This document shows, piece by piece, positions 58,350 to 64,000 of a stretch of 64,000 nucleotides of DNA; within the stretch, counting starts at the first letter, position 1; each line of letters opens with the position of its first letter. The translations under genes and the position numbers were made by a program. Below the pieces are notes generated by a model. The model did not search any database and was not told where the DNA came from. It was given only the letters and a program-made list of their open reading frames with translations. This DNA is from an uncultured Spirochaetaceae bacterium (GTDB taxonomy: Bacteria; Spirochaetota; Spirochaetia; SZUA-6; DRHE01), in the NCBI GenBank assembly GCA_964588355.1, contig CAZPPB010000004.1, positions 2,992 to 66,991 on the forward strand, written 5' to 3'.

Positions 58350-61049
58350 ATGAGGGCTCCTAAATATTCGATTATCCTGGCTGCAGGCAAGGGGACCCGG
58401 ATGCAGTCCGCCGATCTTCACAAAGTTTGTTTCCCCATCGACGGGAAGGCAGCCATCAACAGAAGCCTGGAGACCTACAATGCCTGCGGCATTGCCCACC
58501 ACATAGTCGTGGTCGGCGTCATGGCTGCGCAGGTCATGGACACCGTGACGGCGGAGAATGTGATCTATGCCTATCAGGCCGAGCAGCTGGGGACGGCTCA
58601 TGCCGCGCGCCAGGGAGCCAAGGTACTGCGGGCACTGAGTGACCGGGCAGAGGTTCTGATCGTAGCCGGAGACCGTTTGATCGAGCCCCAGGTTCTCGAG
58701 CAGCTGTTCGACCTGTTCTACACCCAGGACTGCGACCTGGCCTTCCTGGCTCTGCCGCGGGGACGCACCACAAACCTGGGCAGGATTCTGCTTCACACCG
58801 ATGGGTCCGTGCTGGCTGACGTGGAGGCCGCGGACATCCGGCAGCGTCGGATTTACAGGGAGTTCCGCGGGGAAGCGGAGAAGGGCGGTGTCCTTTCCCG
58901 GCTGCAAATGCTCGAGCGGATCCGGGGGCAGTTCAGCGACCGGAAGGCCGCCGACGCTTTCGGAGAGCTATGGAAGATGCTGATCGAAGAACAGGGGGAA
59001 GTGACGGCTGAAGAAGTACTGAGGCTTATCCCTGAAGAGTTGACCCGTTTTGATTTTCTCGATCGGGAGAACAGGCCTATCAGTTTGAGGCCCGAAGAGA
59101 TCGAAAACATCCGGCTGTACAACAGCTCTGTCTATCTGGTAAAGACGCAGGCTCTCGAGTTCGTGCTCGAGCGGCTCGACAATAGAAACGCCCAGAGGGA
59201 AGAGTATCTGCCGGATATGATAACCATCCTGAGCCAGTCACGGGATGCCGACGGCAGGGAGTTTGTGGTCAGAGCCCTCGAGGTGGAGGATGAGCACGCC
59301 GTGATGGCCTTCAACAATCCCGCCGAACTCCTCGAGATCGAAGCTACAATCCAGGCCAGGATCAAGCAGCAGCTGACTCCTTCCCTTTCTGAAGGGACCC
59401 ACTTCCGCCGGATCGGCGAATGGTTAAGTGCATTCCGGGATGCAGCGGCGGGAAAAACGAGTTCCGGCGAGCTGGTGCGGGAGTTGGAACGGCTGTACGG
59501 TCAGGATGAGGTTTTTCTGGGCGGGCGCATCCACGAATACGTCCGTCTGCTCGAGTACGCGGCTTCGGTTGTCGATCCGGACGAACCGGTATTGATTGTC
59601 CGCTCTCCCGGCCGGGTCAACCTGATGGGCCGCCACGTGGATCATCAGGGTGGACACTGCAATCTGATGACTATCGGCTATGAGACCATAGTCGTGATCC
59701 GACCCCGCCAGGACGACAGAATTTGCCTGTACAATCTGGAACGGGAACGCTTCCCGGATCGACGGTTCTCTATCGGCGAGCTGATTTCCGAGCTTCCCTG
59801 GGATGACTGGATTTCCCTAATCAACAGTGAGAAGGTGTCTCACCTGGTTTTGAATGCGGGGGGAGACTGGTCCCAGTACATCAAGGCCGCCGCCCTGCGG
59901 CTGCAGAAGAAGTTTTCCGATCGCAGGCTGTGCGGGGCGGACCTGGTGGTCAGCGGTAATATTCCCATCGCCGCGGGTTTGAGTTCCTCCTCAGCCCTGG
60001 TGGTGGCTGCGGCCGAAGCCCTGGTGACGGTCAACAGCTTGAACACATTTCCCGCGCAGTTTGTGGATCTCTGCGGCCAGGGAGAATGGTTCGTGGGAAC
60101 CCGTGGAGGCAGTGCCGATCATGCGGCCATCAAGTACGGTCAGCGGGGCAAGGTCGTAAAAGTCACCTTTTTCGAATTTTCCGTCGAGGATATCCTTCCC
60201 TTTCCTCAAGGTCATGCCCTGTTGGTGTGCGATTCCGGGATACAGGCACGGAAAACCACGAATGCCAAGGACCAATTCAACCATCGGGTCGCCTGCTTCC
60301 GGATCGGCACCCTGTTGATCAAGAAGTACTTCCCCCAGTACGCTGCGTTGATTCAACATCTCCGTGATGTCAATTCACGGACTCTCAACATCCCTCTCAG
60401 CTGGATCTACAAGATCCTTCTCCACCTTCCCGAGAGAATCACGCGGGGGGAGCTCGGCAAACTCATTCCTCCGGAAGAGTTACAGCCCCTGTTCGACAGT
60501 CACGAGGAACCGGCGGATGGGATCTATCCGATCCGGGGGGTGGTACTCTATGGATTGGCCGAGTGCGAACGCGCCCGTCGCTTCGCCGATGCCCTGAGGG
60601 AGGCCAATCTGGAGGAAATCGGACGGCTGATGAATGTCTCCCACGATGGAGATCGGATCGTCCGCCTGCGCCCCGGGGGTGATGTGGTGCCCCATGCTTC
60701 ACCAACCGGCAACAGCCACCTGCTCGGTCTGATCGATGATCTGGAAAGCGGGGATCTCGAAAGGGTGATGAGAGCCCAGCTGCAGTGGCAGCCCGGAGAT
60801 TACCATTGCAGCATTTCGGAAATCGACAGGATGGTCGATATTTCTCTGGGCGTCGACGGTGTCCTGGGAGCCCAACTGGCAGGAGCGGGCCTGGGGGGGT
60901 GCATGATGCTGCTGGTTCATGAAAAGGCGATCCCGGCTGTCTGCTCGGCGCTGGGCGAGCGGTACTACCGCCCTGAGGGTAAACCGGTGTCGATCCTACA
61001 CTGCCGGCCGATCAGCGGGAGCAGCGTGCTGTTTACAAGGACAGAATAG
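58350..61049 (+). CDS. Bifunctional sugar-1-phosphate nucleotidyltransferase (N-terminal, aa 1-~330) / GHMP-family sugar kinase (C-terminal, aa ~395-899); Fkp-like salvage enzyme
   Basis: N-terminus IILAAGKGTRM (GxGTR nucleotidyltransferase motif). C-terminus has the galactokinase-type signature PGRVNLMGRHVDHQGG, the GHMP ATP motif PIAAGLSSSSALVVAAAEAL, and a C-terminal GAGLGGCMMLL. GGGGAAGGAA upstream of the ATG at 58350. Confidence 0.75.
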   Translation: MRAPKYSIILAAGKGTRMQSADLHKVCFPIDGKAAINRSLETYNACGIAHHIVVVGVMAAQVMDTVTAENVIYAYQAEQLGTAHAARQGAKVLRALSDRAEVLIVAGDRLIEPQVLEQLFDLFYTQDCDLAFLALPRGRTTNLGRILLHTDGSVLADVEAADIRQRRIYREFRGEAEKGGVLSRLQMLERIRGQFSDRKAADAFGELWKMLIEEQGEVTAEEVLRLIPEELTRFDFLDRENRPISLRPEEIENIRLYNSSVYLVKTQALEFVLERLDNRNAQREEYLPDMITILSQSRDADGREFVVRALEVEDEHAVMAFNNPAELLEIEATIQARIKQQLTPSLSEGTHFRRIGEWLSAFRDAAAGKTSSGELVRELERLYGQDEVFLGGRIHEYVRLLEYAASVVDPDEPVLIVRSPGRVNLMGRHVDHQGGHCNLMTIGYETIVVIRPRQDDRICLYNLERERFPDRRFSIGELISELPWDDWISLINSEKVSHLVLNAGGDWSQYIKAAALRLQKKFSDRRLCGADLVVSGNIPIAAGLSSSSALVVAAAEALVTVNSLNTFPAQFVDLCGQGEWFVGTRGGSADHAAIKYGQRGKVVKVTFFEFSVEDILPFPQGHALLVCDSGIQARKTTNAKDQFNHRVACFRIGTLLIKKYFPQYAALIQHLRDVNSRTLNIPLSWIYKILLHLPERITRGELGKLIPPEELQPLFDSHEEPADGIYPIRGVVLYGLAECERARRFADALREANLEEIGRLMNVSHDGDRIVRLRPGGDVVPHASPTGNSHLLGLIDDLESGDLERVMRAQLQWQPGDYHCSISEIDRMVDISLGVDGVLGAQLAGAGLGGCMMLLVHEKAIPAVCSALGERYYRPEGKPVSILHCRPISGSSVLFTRTE

Positions 61050-61149
61050 CATCCAGGTCCGCGGACGGGCGCACCGGCAATGTTGCCAGGCGATTCGTCA
61101 ATCTCTTACAATACTGTGGGACCGCAGACAAAACCGAGAGGGTAGACCC

Positions 61150-61716
61150 ATGCGAAAGCTGATTCAGCAGTACGCCAAAGATCTGACCGCCGGACGTCTG
61201 GCTTCCGGATACGAACATTCCTATCGTATCTACCAATTGGCCAGAAAGATCGGCGAAGGGATGGAGTATGACGACGAAGTGCTCCACGCAGCCTGTTTTC
61301 TTCACGATATCGAGATGAGCTCCGGGCATCCGACCAGCTCGGCGGAGAAAGCCAGGGCGATTCTCGGGGAAACCGGATTCATGTCGGGCAAGATCGAGGA
61401 GGTGTATCAGGCCATCCTCCATCATATGCCGGGTGAAGAGGGCAAGCCGCCCGGGGAAGAGCCGTCGATTGAGGGCAAACTCCTCCACGACGCAAATCTC
61501 CTGGAAACCGTCGGCGCGATCGGCCTGATCAGGTTGTCCATCGGTTCTTTTTTCTGGCACCATCTCAAAACAATGGGCGAGGTGATCGAGCTGCTCAAGC
61601 GCTGGCGGGGATACGCTGAAACGTTCTTCTTTCCCAGGGCCCGGAGGCTGGCCAAGAAGCGGATCGAATTCCTCGACCAGGCCATCACCAGGTTCGAAGA
61701 GGAGCTGGCCCTGTAG
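61150..61716 (+). CDS. HD-domain metal-dependent phosphohydrolase
   Basis: …HSYRIYQLARKIGEG…AACFLHDIE… is an HD motif. GAGAGGG lies upstream of the ATG at 61150. The ORF-track start 60919 overlaps the previous gene and is Arg-rich junk. Confidence 0.6.
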   Translation: MRKLIQQYAKDLTAGRLASGYEHSYRIYQLARKIGEGMEYDDEVLHAACFLHDIEMSSGHPTSSAEKARAILGETGFMSGKIEEVYQAILHHMPGEEGKPPGEEPSIEGKLLHDANLLETVGAIGLIRLSIGSFFWHHLKTMGEVIELLKRWRGYAETFFFPRARRLAKKRIEFLDQAITRFEEELAL

Positions 61717-61771
61717 GATCGCGAGCAGGTCTTGACAAGGGCTCGGCCAATCATTAGTTCTAAGGGATACT

Positions 61772-63325
61772 ATGTCTCGTCAACAGCTGATCAAAGAACT
61801 ACATCCTCTTGAAATTCGGGTCTTGCTGCATTTCAAGCGCGGGGATTCTATCACCCCCGAGCGTCTGCAGCAGGAGCTGGACTATAAAGCGGGTCAGAGC
61901 AACCAGGCCTTCTCCTGGCTGGAAGCGAAGCAGCTGATCGAGGAAACCGAGCGGAGGAAGGTTACCGAGTACTCGATTACCGACCTGGGAATGGAGTACA
62001 GGGAGAAGGGCACCCCGGAGGAGCGCCTGCTGGCTCTGGTCCGGGACGACGAAAAAAGCCGCCTGAGTCTGCCGGAGATCGCTCAGAAACTCGAGCTGGA
62101 GAACAGGGATGTGGGTTCGGCCTTCGGGGCGCTGTCAAAGCGCGGCCTGCTGGCTATGGATGAAGAAAAGCGGGTCGTGACGGGCGAGGATTCATCTGGA
62201 GCCGCTTTGACGGATGTCCGGGAGCTGCTGCGGCGATTCGACGACCGGACGAAGATAACCGAGCAGGATCTGGCGGAGGAGCAGAAAGCCCTGATCCAGT
62301 CTTTGAGCCGCAAGCGCGGGGCGGATAAGGGAATGTTTCGAGTGGTGGAGCGGGAGCAGGTTGCCTATCGTTTGACCCCGGCGGGACTGCAGGCGGCTGA
62401 AGAGCTTCGCCGGGCCGGCATGAGCGGGGAGGAGATTGGGCAGATCACGCCGGAGATTCTCCGCAGCGGTGATTGGAAAAACGCCTCTTTTCGTTCCTAC
62501 AACATCAACACACCTCCGCAGCGGGTGCTCCTGGGACGGAAGAATCCTTACGTGGAGTTTTTAGAGGAGCTGAAGGACAAGTTGAACTCCCTGGGTTTCG
62601 AAGAATTCGACGGACCCCTGCTGGAAACGGAGTTCTGGAACTGTGACGCCCTGTTCATGCCTCAGTTTCACGCTGCCCGGGACATTCATGACGTTTACTA
62701 CATCAAGAATCCGACTCACGCCAAGGAGATCGAACAGCCCTATCTGGATCAGGTGGCCGCCTGCCACGAGAACGGCTGGGACACGGGCAGTCTGGGCTGG
62801 CGTTATCCCTTCGACAGGAACTTCACCCGGCGCCTGATCCTGCGCAGCCAGGGAACCGTGCTGTCCGCCAAAACACTGCCGCGGGCCAGGGTCCCGGGCC
62901 GTTACTTCGGGGTGGTGCGCTGCTTCCGCTACGACAAGGTCGACGCCACTCACCTGGCGGATTTCTACCAGACCGAGGGCATCGCACTGGGGGAGCGGGT
63001 AAATCTGAAAACCCTCCTGGGTCTGCTCAAGATGTTCGCCGTGGAGGTGGCCGGGGCCGAGGAGTACAGGTTTGTTCCCGGATACTTCCCCTTCACCGAA
63101 CCCTCCGTGGAGATCCACATCCGCCACCCCAAATTGGGCTGGTTCGAGTTGGGGGGATCGGGGATATTCCGGCCTGAGGTTACCAAACCCCTGGGGATCG
63201 AGGTGCCGGTGGCGGCCTGGGGGTTGGGGATCGACCGCATGGCCCTGGTTGCTCTGGGCCTGAACGACCTGCGGGATCTGTTTACCCCGGATATCGAGCA
63301 GGTGCGACTGAGGAGACGGAGATAA
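61772..63325 (+). CDS. pheS: Phenylalanyl-tRNA synthetase alpha subunit, archaeal/eukaryal type
   Basis: 517 aa with long N-terminal winged-helix repeats and class II catalytic motifs (…FRPEVTKPLGI…GLGIDRMALV…). The length and N-terminal extension are characteristic of the archaeal-type enzyme, as found in spirochaetes. Confidence 0.85.
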   Translation: MSRQQLIKELHPLEIRVLLHFKRGDSITPERLQQELDYKAGQSNQAFSWLEAKQLIEETERRKVTEYSITDLGMEYREKGTPEERLLALVRDDEKSRLSLPEIAQKLELENRDVGSAFGALSKRGLLAMDEEKRVVTGEDSSGAALTDVRELLRRFDDRTKITEQDLAEEQKALIQSLSRKRGADKGMFRVVEREQVAYRLTPAGLQAAEELRRAGMSGEEIGQITPEILRSGDWKNASFRSYNINTPPQRVLLGRKNPYVEFLEELKDKLNSLGFEEFDGPLLETEFWNCDALFMPQFHAARDIHDVYYIKNPTHAKEIEQPYLDQVAACHENGWDTGSLGWRYPFDRNFTRRLILRSQGTVLSAKTLPRARVPGRYFGVVRCFRYDKVDATHLADFYQTEGIALGERVNLKTLLGLLKMFAVEVAGAEEYRFVPGYFPFTEPSVEIHIRHPKLGWFELGGSGIFRPEVTKPLGIEVPVAAWGLGIDRMALVALGLNDLRDLFTPDIEQVRLRRRR

Positions 63326-63328
63326 GCC

Positions 63329-64000
63329 ATGCCGAAGATCGAACTGCAGGAGGCGAGCTTCTTCGAAATGCTCGGGATCCGGCCCACTCAACAGGAGTTT
63401 GCCGAACTGCTCGAGGTGGCCAAGGCGGAGATCGACGACTGGCAGCCTGATGAGAACAGCCTGAAAGTCGAGCTAAACGACACCAACCGGCCGGATCTCT
63501 GGTCCGGTCCCGGCCTGGTGCGGCAGTTGCGGGCCTTTCGAGAGGGAAGGGTGCCGCAGTATGACTTCCTGTCGAAGCAGGGCGACCCCTGCGAGAGCGC
63601 TGAGCGGGTCATCCAGGTGGACAAGGTGTTGAGGGAGATCCGTCCCTACATCGCCGCCTTCATTGCCAGAGGGGTGCCGGTCACCGACGCCATGCTGGTG
63701 GAGATGATCAACTCCCAGGAGAAGCTCTGCTGGAACTACGGGCGCAAGCGCAGCACCATCGCCATGGGGGTGTACCGGGCCGACCTGATGAAGTTCCCGG
63801 TGCACTACCGGGCCGCGGATCCGGATGCAACTCGGTTTACTCCCCTCGATTACAGCTGGGAGATGTCCCTTCGGGAGATCCTCAAGACCCATCCCAAGGG
63901 CCAGGAGTTCGGCTGGATCATCGAAAACTTCGAGCGTTTTCCCTACCTGGAGGACGACCAGGGGCAGACGTTGAGCATGCCCCCGATCATCAACAGCGCC
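63329..64000 (+). CDS. pheT: Phenylalanyl-tRNA synthetase beta subunit, archaeal type (partial, continues past window end)
   Basis: The ATG at 63329, 4 nt after the pheS stop, is preceded by GGAG. The open frame to the window end translates MPKIELQEASFFEMLGI…ELNDTNRPDLWS…, which is typical of archaeal-type PheT. Confidence 0.75.
   Translation, partial: MPKIELQEASFFEMLGIRPTQQEFAELLEVAKAEIDDWQPDENSLKVELNDTNRPDLWSGPGLVRQLRAFREGRVPQYDFLSKQGDPCESAERVIQVDKVLREIRPYIAAFIARGVPVTDAMLVEMINSQEKLCWNYGRKRSTIAMGVYRADLMKFPVHYRAADPDATRFTPLDYSWEMSLREILKTHPKGQEFGWIIENFERFPYLEDDQGQTLSMPPIINSA

Overview
This is a GC-rich (~60%) bacterial chromosomal window, densely coding on both strands. I found no rRNA, tRNA, CRISPR array or mobile-element gene. 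Archaeal-type PheS/PheT, a type-2 AspRS, gatCAB, rubrerythrin/PerR, an MGDG-synthase-like glycosyltransferase and many c-di-GMP proteins suggest a spirochaete-like lineage; that is inference only.

Main content, left to right:
- A partial glycoside hydrolase on the minus strand.
- A gatC-gatA-gatB-aspS(type 2) cluster for indirect Asn/Gln-tRNA formation. GatB carries an in-frame C-terminal type-I-asparaginase (GatD/AnsA-like) domain that looks degenerate.
- leuS, an M24 peptidase and a YjbQ-family protein.
- A metallo-beta-lactamase-fold protein with two cNMP-binding domains.
- An sbcD/sbcC-like (YhaO/YhaN) pair.
- msrA, then a convergent rubrerythrin plus Fur/PerR-family regulator with an AT-rich inverted repeat, divergent from a TlpA-like thiol-disulfide oxidoreductase.
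- A lactonase, cobO, and a CPBP protease with a small lipoprotein.
- An Lrp-family regulator followed by a glycine-cleavage operon in the order gcvH-gcvPA-gcvPB-gcvT. GcvT is fused in frame to a serine-hydroxymethyltransferase-like PLP domain.
- A sensor kinase / HD-GYP (with degenerate GGDEF and REC) / CheY operon.
- A split methylmalonyl-CoA mutase operon (mcm large, mcm B12, meaB, mce) that continues into a GGDEF sensor and an ABC exporter, with ptb and an MBL hydrolase upstream.
- thiS, an MGDG-synthase-like glycosyltransferase, a HAD hydrolase and two hypothetical proteins.
- A DAHP-synthase::prephenate-dehydratase fusion, an SLT lipoprotein and a GAF-GGDEF protein.
- A probable sugar-salvage cluster: Ldh_2 dehydrogenase, URO-D-like protein, PIG-L deacetylase, amidohydrolase, a bifunctional NDP-sugar pyrophosphorylase/GHMP kinase, and an HD protein.
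- Archaeal-type pheS and partial pheT.

The most unusual observations are four in-frame multidomain fusions (GatB-asparaginase, GcvT-SHMT, DAHPS-PDT, NTase-GHMP) and the tandem-CNB MBL-fold putative phosphodiesterase. Many long antisense 'shadow' ORFs in the six-frame track are GC-bias artefacts and were rejected.
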